DNA from: Eukaryota sp. GEM-RC1
Taxonomy: Eukaryota
Reading direction: 5' to 3'
DNA: 64,000 nucleotides
Assembly: GCA_040285855.1 (NCBI GenBank)
Contig: JAUFOQ010000016.1
Coordinates: 2,046,001-2,110,000, forward strand
The notes below the pieces were generated by a model. The model was given only the letters and a program-made list of their open reading frames with translations. It was not told where the DNA came from and ran no database searches. Below, in pieces: positions 23,572 through 35,690 of this stretch. The translations under genes were made by a program, and so were the position numbers. Positions within the stretch are counted from its first letter, which is position 1, and each line of letters begins with the position of its first letter.

Positions 23572-24091
23572 TTAGACATCATAGTCTGAATCTGGGAACG
23601 CTGGAAGCTTTTTCAGGCGTCTGATGTAGTTGATGAGGTGTTTCTCAATGCGGGGAGCAGCGCCTCCGAAGACTATAAACCGTGAGAGTGGGAACGTATA
23701 GAGCAGGAAGATTGTTATTCTGGAGATGGGCCATGCAATGTATGTTTCGATGTACTGAGCGAGGAAGACGGTCAAGAACATGTGAATTGTGGCGCCTGAT
23801 GTTAGATTGATGAAGAATGGACATACCAGACCAACATAGGAAAAAGAAAAAGAAGACAGAATAAAGGCGCGAAACGGAGAACCTATTGTAGACATATTTG
23901 GAGCAACACATATACTGGAAAGCGCCACCCAAAAGTGATCCAAGGAGTGCAGACGGGGGTATCGAACCTGTAAAGTAATGCATTATGGAGAAGATTAGGG
24001 CATCAAGGGCGGTAGCGGCTACAGATGAAGCAGTGGTTCGGCCAAGGTCGCTTAAGATGCACCGTAAATGAGCTTTGTTGGAGGGAGGCAT
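23572..24091 (-). CDS. GtrA-like four-TM membrane protein; join(24091..23827,23795..23572)
   Basis: SSVAATALD...GGAFQYMCCSKYVY and YTFPLSRFIVFG are the two GtrA half-repeats; the frames are joined by a 31-nt intron. Confidence 0.7.
23796..23826 (-). other. 31-nt spliceosomal intron
   Basis: GTATGTCCATTCTTCATCAATCTAACATCAG; CTAAC branch point; splicing gives WSG|ATIHM. Confidence 0.88.
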
Positions 24092-24110
24092 TTGGGAGTG
24101 TTTTTTGTCA

Positions 24111-24939
24111 ATGTTTCCTTTTCTATTCGATGTGCTCTTCAGTTCTTTGTATGTAGTCACGCATCGATCCACACATGACTCAGTCAATACTATCACTTCA
24201 ACCTATGGTACCGATTCTTCAGGCAGTGGCGATACTTTTTTTCTCTACTGACGCTCGTATTCATTACAAACAATCACTACTGACCATTCAGTCTGGTAAT
24301 CGACCATGCCACAATTTCTCTGTTCGTCTGAATCACCCCATCCATAGGTTCATCACCACCTCGGTCTATCAATCCTTACTAGCTGATAAAATGTCAAAGA
24401 TTTCTCCCGATCGTTCCAGTATACAGGTCACAGCTGGTCCTTCAACCCAAAATGTTTCCATTGGCTTGGAACGCTCCACTCAATCTACTAATCTTCTCGC
24501 ATCATCATTTCTATCTGCACAACTACCTCTCCCTACTGTTCCCATTCATTGCCAACTCAAGGCCTCTGCATCTCTCAACGCCACTGACAAAACCCTACAC
24601 CACTCTGTTTATTGCAGCACTCAAATCAAAAACCTAAATCTTGCTGCCACTACTTCACCTGATTCTCATCAACTAGGGTCTACCATCTCTCACAAAGGAA
24701 ACTGTCTTGGGGTACGTATCAGAGTTCCCAAAGCCAAAAACTCAAGGATCACGACTCAAATAGCGTCATTAATGAGATTTAAGGGATTAGTGTCTGCAAT
24801 CAAGTGGAGCTCAACTGGAGAGATTGGCACGAGTTTAAGCTTGGATTTGAAATCTGGTAACAATTTGTCGTTTTCATGTGTGTCCAAGAATAAGTCGGAC
24901 CCTCTTATTATTGGAGTAGGACTTGCAGTTGAACACTAA
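24111..24939 (+). CDS. putative Porin_3-family (VDAC/Tom40-like) beta-barrel; probable extra T at 24236-24242 (alternative start 24175)
   Basis: About 275 aa of alternating amphipathic strands with no TM helix; C-terminus KWSSTGEIGTSLSLDLKSGNNLSFSC...IIGVGLAVEH parallels the last VDAC/Tom40 strands and the beta-signal. Confidence 0.55.
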
Positions 24940-25325
24940 GTTTTGTGGTAAATGTATTTGGAGGTAGTAAGTTAGACTACAAGAACTTTTTCCAGTGTTT
25001 AAATTGAAGTGCTTTTGGTAACGTTGAGAGTATTGTGTTTATTAGTTTCGACAAGAATTTTTTCCGTTTTGAGTTTAATTGTTGGACTTTTTGGTGAATA
25101 TACTCATTGATTATCTAAGTAAATCACAATGATTGACGATTCAATTTATTGGATTTTAGTCTTACTAAATCGTTTTCTTTGGTTCAAAATGATCCTTAGA
25201 ATGATAGAATGACTGACGTTAACAATCTTATTTTAGCACATTATTGTGTTGAGAAAGGGTGGGTACTCATAACCTGGGATTATCGGGAAACCAACATGAA
25301 ACAAGCTTTTCAAATGTTGGTTCTA

Positions 25326-25494
25326 TTGGGATTGGAAACAATATATTGATATTCCAATATATTGCAATAAGTCCAATAACAATATGGTATTGTTGGTACA
25401 TAAACAATAACAATATCGTTCCAGTTCTCTTATTGTCAATAAGTATTGCTAGCGGACAATAAGTATACTGAACATATATTTTTTCCAATCCCTG
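25326..25494. mobile_element. degenerate short MITE of the CAGGGAT group
   Basis: GGGATTGGAAACAATATAT ... ATATATTTTTTCCAATCCCTG with TATTGCAATA motifs; TSD eroded. Confidence 0.5.
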
Positions 25495-25870
25495 TGCTCT
25501 ACGATAAAGTTGTTACACTTCACTCTTAGTGAAATACTACTTTAGTTTATCGTACAGCAAACACAGACAAGTTTTGAATGAATCAGTAAGAGCCCCACTG
25601 AAAGGCAAATAACTGCCATTTTTGGTTTTTAAATGATTTTCAGACTCTGATTGGATCTCGATACAAATAATTCTGCTTTGTCGAGTGGGAAAACAGCTTG
25701 ATCTTTGTTCATGTAAAATACTCAAAAAATAGACAAATTTGGCAGTTGCGTTTTACAACAAGAGTAAAAGTGCAAAAGATAACAATAATAAATTTACAAT
25801 GTATACTACAATGTTTCTTTCGACAAAATGCAAACTAATAAATAAAAAGACGTGAATGAAAGAATTAAAC

Positions 25871-27820
25871 TCAATCCAAATTAAAATCACCTTCAACAGT
25901 AATAGTAGCTTCCTCATCAAAACCACTCGAGTCTGATTGAAACCCATCATCACTGATTGATCTTATTGGCCTTCTATCACGCGACTTTCGGTCATTCGAT
26001 TTCATCGTATTCTTATCTGAATCACGCGATCTTGATTTCTTCTTCTTCACAGTCAAATCCTTGTAATCCAACTGGAAACATGAATGGTCGCTCCTCCAAC
26101 TTCTTATACTTTTCTTTAATTCCCGCGTAATACTCCTTAGTCTCCCTAAGAACTCTCTCTCTATTCCTCTCTGCTTCCTCCTCCAACTTCTGCTTATACT
26201 CCTCATTAGACCAAGTAACTGCAGCAGAAACCCTTTGGGTAGCCCTCTTCTGTTTCTCCTTTCTTTTCATTTCTTCTTCAGCTTGGGAAATCTTTCGAGA
26301 TTCGAGTTCTGTCAGTCTATTCACTACAGCAGACGATCGTAGTTCAGCAGTCAGCGTAGACTTAAACGATGGAACACTTGAAGACAGAACCTTTTTAGGT
26401 GGTGACGGAGCTCGGCGTGGAGAAAGGTTGGGCCATCGAGTTTCTTTGAGGAACAACTCATCCTTCTTCATGTCATTAATAACTTCTTGTACTATTTCTT
26501 CTTGTTTTCTTCCAGCTTGTAAGGAAAACTCTTGGGGTATTGTCAGTTGCTTTGAAGATTTACATTGGTCAAGTGTATCTCTGAATTCTTCTTGAAGTCG
26601 CTTGAAGTCTGGTACTGATCGCGTGATTTTAGGTTTGAACGAGAAGTTTCGCCAGTCCTTTGGCTTCCTTGTCTGTTCCTTTTGTACTTTCTCCCAAAAT
26701 TCCATTCTGGGAGGAAGAGATGCTTGAGATAGAAGCTTTTTAGCACGTTTTGCCACACGTTCTTGCTTCTGAGCCTCTTTTTAGACATTTCTTCATAATA
26801 AATCTCAGTCTTTGAAGCCTCTGGTACAGGATTTGCTTTAAACGAAGGTTTAGGAGGGGGAATCACATCTAGAGATGGATAATCTGAATACTTTGGTACC
26901 GATTGCGGTCTATTTTTGCCGCCTTTCTTCCATAATTCACGATCATAGAAAGAAAAAGGAGCCTCAAGACTTTCCATGACTTCCAGAGACTTCTTCTTGA
27001 TCTCCCTTGACCGTAGTAACTGCTTCTTCTGTATCTTCTGGAATCGAGCCTCTTTAGTTGATTTTGGAACAGGATTAGCTTTAAACACTGGTTTATAGAC
27101 TTTCTCAGCTTCTTTTTCTTCCAAATACTCTTTCAAAGTACGTGACATCTTTGGTGACGTCACCTTCTGAGACGATGCAGATCTTATAGTTTTGTTTAGA
27201 GGCTTTTGGGACCGTGACTTTCGTCTTCTTAAACGGACTTCTTCGAAATAAGAATCAGAAGTCCCTGAGCTGTCTGATAGATAAGCATCAGAAGAACGTC
27301 GTTGAGATACTGAAGAGGGTGATGACGTGATATGAGAACGGTCAAGATCTACTTCAATGTCCTGGTCATCACTACTCAACGTTACAATTGTGCTTGATCC
27401 ATCTGAATGGGGAGACTCAGAGGGAGATGAGATCAATGAAACTGGAGGTCTATAAGAACGAGGCTGAGAGAGGACGTGAAGACTGTCAAGAGAACGACCT
27501 CCGGTTCGATAAGAATAGTGATCACTGAGTTGTGATAGCCGCTTAGAGTTCTCGTGTCGTAGGTTTTGTACACGGTGTAGCATTTCATCTGTTAGGTCTA
27601 TATTAGGAGGATCTAGAGACGATGGGGCATTTGAAGGAGCGTCAAGACATGAGAGTTCAAGAGAGTCTCTGATGGCCTGTAGATTATCTAGGTGATCGTC
27701 AGACGTATAATTAGAAGTTGGAGACTTTTTGGAGGCAACAAAACGTTTAAAACTATCACTGAAACAAGATATTGAGTGGACTAGGTCGTCTTTTTTCTTA
27801 GAATTGACAGAATAGTCCAT
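25871..27820 (-). CDS. FAM161: FAM161 (UPF0564) centriole/cilium microtubule-binding protein; two apparent single-base indels
   Basis: FKANPVP twice, PFSFYDRE, ASLPPRM, FKPKITRSVPDFKRLQEEF, LTIPQEFSL, RPFMF; frame changes at 26778-26782 and 26074-26078. Confidence 0.8.
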
Positions 27821-28273
27821 CTAGAAGTCAACAAATAATTGAAGGGGATCCAGATTTAGAGAAAGACTATCGGACTTTGTGTGAAGAGAAATTTACTACA
27901 ATTTGTCGTCATTTCTACTTGTTTGGGACCTCACAGTCTGAACTTCTTCTATGATAAAGCTGTATTACAGGTGATACCCGTTATTTTATGAAGTCCTTAT
28001 TTGAGTTTTAACCTCGACAGAATTAAGAAAAGAATAGACTAGGAAACACAAAATGATACCACATGTATAAGATAATTCCAGACCATTTAAAGAAGACAAC
28101 ATAAGAACCAAAATCCAAGTGTATTGAATTTCAATTACAGATAGAAATAACTTAGGACTTTGCGATATCTTTCGATCTACCTATTGATGATACAATACGA
28201 TCCGGAAACTTGCTAATTCTAGGTAGAAATCGACATCAACAACAACAAAAAACAATGTGATAATATACAAATA

Positions 28274-28724
28274 CTAATAAAAATCTGCTGCAAGTCCTCT
28301 AATTCTAAAGTAAGAGTAATAACAAGTCAAACCTTCGGGCCAACTGCATATCTTTAACAAATAGCGTAACTCGATGAGCATGCAGTGAACAGAGATAGGC
28401 ATCCTCAAAAAGATGAACAAGATAATTTTCTGCAGCTTGTTGTAGTGCTTCAATTGCTTCCTGTTGCCATCGCAAAGGCTCTGAAGCACATGTCATACAT
28501 ATTTCCTTCACCTTTAATCAGAAAGAGATATAAGAAGTACAAACAAGTCTGGCAAAAGGAAGTTTCCTTAGAAGTAGTTCAGAACTCTTTTGATATTTCC
28601 TGATTTCTTTGAGAGCAGCAGTGCCAGGACGGCGATACTTTCGGACAGTAGAAGAAGTAGCAGCTTTTTTAGCTGTTGGAGGTTTCGATCGATTTGGTTT
28701 GGAGATTGTTTTGGTTGGAGCCAT
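28274..28724 (-). CDS. CENH3: centromeric histone H3 variant, 129 aa; join(28724..28545,28511..28333,28304..28274)
   Basis: Divergent tail and an H3 fold with CenH3-type substitutions: LPFARLV (Q>A), LRWQ (F>W), AHRVTLF; ends [12 protein letters not shown]. Confidence 0.88.
28305..28332 (-). other. 28-nt spliceosomal intron
   Basis: GTTTGA...CTTACTTTAG; splicing restores ARRIRG. Confidence 0.9.
28512..28544 (-). other. 33-nt spliceosomal intron containing an in-frame stop
   Basis: GTTTGT...CTGATTAAAG; splicing restores FARL|VKEI. Confidence 0.9.
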
Positions 28725-28785
28725 TTTGTTACAAAATGGCGGAAAATATTCTTCTTGTCAGAATTTCTCAAGCTGCACATGAGGC

Positions 28786-30204
28786 ATGAACATCTTTGAT
28801 CGACTTGGGTATAAGTCTCATGGTAGTCTACGCGTTGGCGATCAACTCACCGATGTCCATGCTGAATTATGTACTACTTCCCTCAACTTTGCTCATACAT
28901 TACCTCTTTTGGCTATTGGCCATGAATCTGGTGCTATATTTCTTGATAGTTATTTTGAGCTCTTAGATGGACCATCCTCTATCCACCAATTCCCTATATC
29001 TTCCAGTAATTCCGCTCTTTTAGAGTTTCATTCACAGATAGTGCAGGATGTCAAGTTTTCTACCTGTGATCGCTATCTCCTCTCTTCATCTTCAGATAAA
29101 ACTGCATGTGTTTGGGATCTCCAACATCAAGTCCCTCTCCATCTCTTACAAGGACATACAGGGACAGTGAGATCTTCCATATTTCTACCTTCTTCTGGTA
29201 ATAGTATTATAGTTTCAGGAGGTCGTGATGCCGGCATTTGTATTTGGGACACACGACAACCGTGTTTTGCTGATCCACTCTCTCCTACTTCCCTGGCTCT
29301 CAATTCCACTTCTCCTCCCTGTTTTGTTGCAGAATCCCCAATCTCCTCTCTCCGTGCCATCTCTCCAGCCCCTAGAACTCCTCGTATGGGCTACACTTCG
29401 CTCTCTGCTGTTTCTACCTATCACTTCATAAGTAGCAACGACGTTGGAGAACTCTCTCTTTGGGATATCCGTTCATGTACTGCAGCTACTGCTCCTAAAA
29501 GACACAGAAGATCTAGAAGTAGAAACTCCAGCCAAAACTCTCTTCCTATCAACTATCTCATTGGATGTTCAACTTCTTCTCCCGCGGCCTTCTTTGCTTC
29601 CTCCCCTGTATCAGTTGACCCCGTCTATGACTATAACTTCTCCAATGGAATCGTTGCTTTTACTCATTTGGGTAGTACAGGAAGGTTCATTGCTCTAGTT
29701 TCTCGATCAGGACTCTATGATTTTGACCTAGTTACCACTCGTGATCCTATCTTTCTTCATTTTGATTCGATTGCTCTGACTTCTGGGATTTGCAGTAATC
29801 AGCTTGATCAATTAAATTTCCTTGTTTCGTGGTTTAATGGCCTCTTTGTCTACACTATCACTTATCATTTACATGATGGAATTATTGGTGGCACTCGCCG
29901 CTCCTTTTCCTCACCCCCTCAGAGTATAGCTTCTTGTCCACTCATGCCGAACCTGTTATCCATTGGGTTTACAGATTCTCTTGTTGAGATGATTGCTGTT
30001 GAACATAAAAGTCCAGATGAAGATGAGCAGTTTGAGGTTGATACTGAAGCACCTCATCAACGGAGTTACAGTAGGAATGAGTTATCGTTGTTGTTTCCTA
30101 ATGTTCTTTCCCCCATTAGATCTCCTAGTACTTCTGTTATTGAACCTGATCCACAGCCTAGATTAAGGCAGTCTTCGTTGGATGCTTGGTTAAAGAGAGA
30201 TTGA
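28786..30204 (+). CDS. CDT2: WD40 protein, CDT2/DTL-like, with a C-terminal PIP box
   Basis: LAIGHESG, SSSSDKTACVWD, GHTGTVRS, SGGRDAGICIWDTR; terminal RQSSLDAWLKR fits a PCNA-interacting motif. Confidence 0.75.
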   Translation: MNIFDRLGYKSHGSLRVGDQLTDVHAELCTTSLNFAHTLPLLAIGHESGAIFLDSYFELLDGPSSIHQFPISSSNSALLEFHSQIVQDVKFSTCDRYLLSSSSDKTACVWDLQHQVPLHLLQGHTGTVRSSIFLPSSGNSIIVSGGRDAGICIWDTRQPCFADPLSPTSLALNSTSPPCFVAESPISSLRAISPAPRTPRMGYTSLSAVSTYHFISSNDVGELSLWDIRSCTAATAPKRHRRSRSRNSSQNSLPINYLIGCSTSSPAAFFASSPVSVDPVYDYNFSNGIVAFTHLGSTGRFIALVSRSGLYDFDLVTTRDPIFLHFDSIALTSGICSNQLDQLNFLVSWFNGLFVYTITYHLHDGIIGGTRRSFSSPPQSIASCPLMPNLLSIGFTDSLVEMIAVEHKSPDEDEQFEVDTEAPHQRSYSRNELSLLFPNVLSPIRSPSTSVIEPDPQPRLRQSSLDAWLKRD

Positions 30205-30752
30205 AAGATTGTTGTTTAGTTCTTTTGTATTATTAATTTATTTGTTTTTTCCGGAATGTGTATAAATTTTAGAATCAAATTCATTTCTAGACCAAAACTT
30301 TTACATTTTGTAATCTTTACACATATCCCTCTCTCTTTCGAACTTAATTTATTTGTTGACTGTGGTTACTAATCATCACGTCAAACTGCTAATCTGAAGG
30401 TCCGCCCGTTTCTCTTTAGACAAGAGAATTAATTAGACAAGACTTGTTTGTTAAATTGAGTTGACTTTAACACAAGAACTGTTTTTATGGAACCGAAAGT
30501 TGATTTTAGATCGGCCATAGTGCACTGGAAGTTATAACACGCATACCGTCAAGTTGGTGTTCGCATCCAAAAATGTTGCCTAGACTTCACTGTTGTTGTT
30601 CAAAATTGACCATATTCTACTTTACGTTCAGCACTAAATTGATTTCTTATTCTGCATTATGTCTTGTTGATTTTGACTAATTTTACAATGAACAGGATCA
30701 CACACTCAAAATTTTGTTTCTTCGCGTCTTCATATTTTTGAACAGTTCAGAC

Positions 30753-31799
30753 CAGTGTTCGAAAACACACGTGTCATTCAGAAAACGAACGTGTGAAACA
30801 CGTTTCCGAACCGCACACGTGTCCGAACAGGCTTCACCAAAGTAGTCCGAAATTCAAAATTAAAGTAAAGTAAAGTAGTTTACTTTACTTTAAGCGCTAC
30901 TTTACTTTCACTTTAAAGTTACTTTAAGGCCATTAAAGTACGCCCTGATCTCAATCGTCTTTTCAATAGTTTTTGTAATATATATTCGTGTTTAGTTTCC
31001 TCTTCCCATATATGCATGACTTCACTTCCTTCCAAAGAATCGAGATCAGCCTGTCAAATTGTTGAAGTACTGTCAAGAACTTGTGCTCGGTTTTACTGCA
31101 GCTCTGTGGGACAACTCACTCGGTCAACAGATGGGCTATGGAGGGGCACTATGTTCCAAATCTTGAACCCAAAAGATCCGTTCAGCTTTGCTCTGCCATC
31201 AACAACCCGAAAATTTTGGCCAATATATCTGCCTTAACTTCGTATTTAATAAGACATGCCCAATCTAGAAAGAGTCATTCCATGTTAATATTAAAAGACA
31301 AGCACTGACTTGCTTGGTCTTTAATATTTTGTTGTTTTGGTGAGTTTCTACAATATAGATTGGGTAATGATCGCTTTTTGGACATCTCTGGTCACCAGAC
31401 TAACATTGAAGTTTTGTTACTTTACCCATTTTGGACGTTTCAAGTAAAGTAAAGTAAAGTGAGAAAGTAAAGTAAAGTGACTAAAGTACTTTCTCACTTT
31501 AGTGAAGCCTGTGTCCGAATTCAACAATTCCATTCTTCCAAAGATTTGCCACTCCCCCCCTCATTTCAAGATGACTGGCTCTCAACAAATTCTAATGAAG
31601 ATGACATTAACGATGTAACTGACGTTGAAGACTCAGAGGACGATGTGATATAGGATCCTTATCTTGTATGTAGTGACTAGTGACAAAATAAAGTACCTCT
31701 ACTTTTTGAGAACAAAAGGTGCACACGTGTCCAAAAACAAACCGAACGTGTGAAACACGTTTCCGAACCGCACACGTGTCCGACACATTTCGAACACTG
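30753..31799. mobile_element. hAT-type MITE (outer element)
   Basis: TIR CAGTGTTCGAAA / TTTCGAACACTG; TSD GTTCAGAC (30745-30752, 31800-31807); repeated CACACGTGTC subterminal blocks. Confidence 0.92.
30828..31511. mobile_element. hAT-type MITE nested in the previous element
   Basis: TIR CAGGCTTCAC / GTGAAGCCTG; TSD TGTCCGAA (30820-30827, 31512-31519); AAAGT pentamer arrays. Confidence 0.92.
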
Positions 31800-32354
31800 G
31801 TTCAGACTAAAGTGACCTGAGCAACAGTGCAATACAATAATCAATCAATCAATCCTTCTCTTTCCTCTGCAGATATCCTTTAATTTAACGACACTCATGA
31901 CAGTTTTTGCTAACCCCAAATACTCTTGAAATGAAGACCGATCCTTTCTTCAGGCTATATGTCAAGTCTCTTCGTTGGATAGAAGCTGTATGACACTTTT
32001 GATCTCACATTTAGATTGAGCGCAACTCAAGTGATGACGAGGACAAGCTGATTCATTGGACTGATTATCTTATTCACCTGGAGGAGTCTCTGACTGTTCT
32101 GAATCGATTCTACAAGACAAAATCCAGTCAACTACGGTGGCGTGAAGCTATACAGAGTTCTGACGATGGAGAGAAGAACTGGCATCACCCACAGAAGGTG
32201 TTCAGCAGTAAGTCCAATGAAATAAGGTACAAATGGAAACAGAACCGATATATTTAAAAACCTAAATAAAATGTGTACGTGGAAGTCTATTTAATGTAGC
32301 TCCAGTTAGATTGTGATTATATCGAGCAATTGATTTATATAGAGCTAGACTCAC

Positions 32355-32770
32355 TTCTATTTGACCTTCAAATTTAAACTTTTCAACTTGCTCTTGTGGA
32401 GATAATGGTGTTTTTCGTCATTTAATTAATTGTCGTTATTTTATTCATCTACGTTCAGTAATTCATGATGGTGTACGTATTTCTTGTTATTCCATGTTTA
32501 AATCACATGGATTTCATTCTAATGTTGAACCAGTTTTGAATCACCTTCAGAAAATGAATTTACTGATCAACAAAGAGGGGATCTCCATTCTCCGTGACGT
32601 AAATCGAGTCAATCATTAATGAATTTTTGCACAGTAGATGTTCGTAACAAATCTTGTGTTAGTAGGATATTAGATTCTTCTTTTAGTCCGTTAACAGCTC
32701 CTGAAAAGCTCAAACACTCCAAGTATGACTCTCAAGTAGAAGAATTATATCGAAACTCGTATTCCAAACT
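32355..32770 (+). mobile_element. CRE-like fragment (family A)
   Basis: Highly similar to 49920-50340. Confidence 0.85.
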
Positions 32771-32950
32771 TCTTAGTTTTCGAGGAGCATATCTGGTTGA
32801 CACCCACTATAAGTATGCAATGTATGATGAGTTATACGTAATGCATGAGTTATGCATTGTACATGTATATGAAATCCACAAATTGTTAAATTAAATTCGT
32901 AATTTTTCTTTCTTTCTCCCAGAGCAGCAACGAATCAATCTTCTAACCAC

Positions 32951-34751
32951 ATGTTGTCTCCTTATGGGATTCCGAGCTCTTCAATTGTTCCAAAGACTCC
33001 TATTCACGAAAATATTCGATTTGAACAGTTCCCTTCCAAAGAACCGGGACCCCAGACTTATGATGAACTCAGCAAGGACATACAGGAATTCTTACAGCCT
33101 GAGGCAAAGACAAAGCGGATTGTTAAGCTCCAATATCAACTGATGAACAGACAGATCGACAGAGTTCCCTTAACGACTCCTGTTTTTGTCAGAAACCTTC
33201 CCATGTATATAACAAGTGATAAGTTCTGGAGAATCATGTCTTCGTTTGGTGAGATCAAGAATTACTGGCTTGTAAGTGATAAAGCTACATCCAACAAATT
33301 GGGATATGCTGAATTTGGAAACAACTGAACAAGCTCTCAAGGCAATCTACGATCTTAACAAGCATTGCAGATTTGTAGAAGATCCAATTGCTGATATTCA
33401 CAAAGAATTAAAAACGCAGTCCGTGGACTGCAAGATTTCAAATTTCCAGAGGAACAACTCAGAGGTCCTGATATATCTCCCCCCACAAGTGACACTGAAT
33501 TTATCCATCATTACAATTACCGTAATACTACTAACGTGTCTTTTGCCTATATCAACTATCCAAGTGATGATAAGGAAGCAGTTATTGAAATGCTTAAAAA
33601 CTTGAAAAACGATGATGAGAAGCGACAAGAACTCGGTTATCATCTTTATCTTCTTATTGAACCTCACGCTCCTGAACTCGCTGCCAAGATTACTGGTATG
33701 TTTTTGGCATTGGATGACTTAGACAAAATCATTACCATTTATTATGATGAGGCTGTTCTACATGAAAATATCATGGCAGCGCAAATGGCTTTGAATGGAC
33801 ACAGTGACAAAATCCAGTTATTCGATACTCAAGTGCGACCTTATCATCGATCATCCCATAGCTCCAATCTTTTTGGTAATCGGACAGGTGATCAGTCTCG
33901 TGTTTTCGGAAGAGATCCAATTCAAAACAACTATTTCCAACCTAAAGAGGATAGCGCTCTTCATCATCTAAGAGAGTACAGCCGTAGATGTACTGAACTG
34001 AGGCAAGCGTCCAAACATACTACTCTTTGGGTAGGATCTCTTCCTCCCCAGTACCACAGATGAATCTCTTTACCAACTGTTCTCTCCCTTTGGATATATC
34101 AGTCGCTCAAGGGTAGCCACTACTGTTACTGGTGAAAGCAGGCTATTTGGATTTGTTTGTTTCGGAAAATCTAAAGACGCTAATGTCGCTCTTCGTGAAA
34201 TGGATCGAAAGTTATTACCTGATGCGAGACAGTATATTAAAGTATGCAAGTATAGGACCACACAGGAACGAACAGAACACAGACGCAAGAAGGAGCTGCT
34301 CAACCAACACCGTGTTTATGGTCATAACATGCGTGTACATCATAGAGCTCTTTACCACCACTCCCATAAACCCACTCTTCCTGGTACCCAGACAGGCAGC
34401 CATACTGGTGCTCATACTTATGCACCAGGTGCTAGAAATGTCCCAGTACCCACTGTTAGTAATGGAACAGTCCCTGTTGTTGGTCACACTGAACCTAAAG
34501 ATGAAAAGGAAGCTTTTATTCAGATGCTTAACAATTTGGAAGATGAAGAAGAGAAGAGACAAGAACTCGGTGAACGTCTTTATCCTCTTATTGAACCTCA
34601 TGCTCCTGAACTCGCTGCCAAGATTACTGGTCTGTTTTTGGCCGTCGATGATTTAGAAGAAATCATTACCATTTATCGTGATGAAGCTGCTCTACATGAA
34701 AATATCAATGAAGCGAAAATGGCTTTGATTGAACCTGTTGAAGAACAGTAG
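32951..34751 (+). CDS. PABP-derived RRM-MLLE-RRM-MLLE protein with three single-base indels (gene or pseudogene)
   Basis: VFVRNLP..GYAEF; KRQELGYHLY.LIEPHAPELAAKITGMFLA; LWVGSLPP..FGFVCF; KRQELGERLYPLIEP..KITGLFLA; indels at 33317-33318, 33410-33414, 34046-34049. Confidence 0.8.
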
Positions 34752-35059
34752 ATTTAGTCTTTTCATTATACTTAATTTAGTATGACAGTTGTTATTTTTG
34801 TATTATAGAAGTCCACTACTGGATTTTTGAACATCATACTACATCTAGATATAAGTGACACTCTCCAATTGGAAGTTTGACACCAATTAAACTACAGCTC
34901 ATAGAACAAAACTAAAGTGCTTCTGGTTCGTGAGCTATGAGTTCCACTCGTTGTTCAGCAACAGGATTGTCCAATGGAAAGACGGGGAGATGGTTTTCTA
35001 GAAGGAACGTATCAATGTTATTAGATGGGAGTTGGCTCAACCTCATTCGAGTTTTGTTA

Positions 35060-35690
35060 CAAGTATTTTTTATATATGTTATTGTTATTCTAAATGTAAT
35101 AAACTAAACAACTAAAATTTGATATCATTAAAACATCACCCGTCGCTATCAAACCTTACAACAGCTTTGTCCTCATAAAAGGAACTCACTGCTAATAAAG
35201 CTTTGGAGATGATTAGGGGAATTGTTTTTAAAACAGTAATTACGATTCGATTCAACCATAACATATGATCAAAACGTTTGATCATCCTATTTTTAAAGAT
35301 TTTTCCGAAATCGTTTAAACAATTCAATGCACTTTTTCCTAAACGTCCGTAGATTGGAGACAGCAAAAGGGCATAATTCATATTCAACATGTTTTACAGG
35401 TTTTAGAGCCATCAATGGTTTCTTGTACTTATCCTGATTGGCTTGTTCAGAAATGTCTAAAGGGGAAGTTTGAGTAAGCATTCTTTAAAGATGACTTTTT
35501 ACAAACATCCACTGACACTACATCGACGACAAGCAATTTGTCTGAAGAAGAAGGGACAACAACATCTGCTCTTCGTTTACCAAAAATTGATTCTGTATTT
35601 CGACATTACAATTATTATTTGGTTCTAAAGATCTTAGAAGTGGTTCAACAAATGATTCAATTTTGTAGAACTTACACATAGCGTGTGTTT
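35060..35690 (-). mobile_element. CRE-like 3' fragment (family E)
   Basis: KRRADVVV...VVDV...EQANQDKY...LCPFAVS..YGRLG. Confidence 0.75.

Noticed and set aside
26046..26073. Hidden 28-nt intron (GTTGGA...GTGAAG) that would repair the second FAM161 frameshift
   Set aside because: It lacks the GT(A/T)TG donor and CTnAnnnnAG acceptor seen in the four supported introns. A single-base indel gives the more natural RPFMFQ.
20042..30204. Functional cluster of CRL4 substrate receptors (TRPC4AP, CDT2)
   Set aside because: They are separated by five unrelated genes, with no evidence beyond coincidence.
31900..32270. Possible coding remnant (DDEDKLIHWTDYLIHLEE...)
   Set aside because: Short, broken frame with no recognisable family or start codon.
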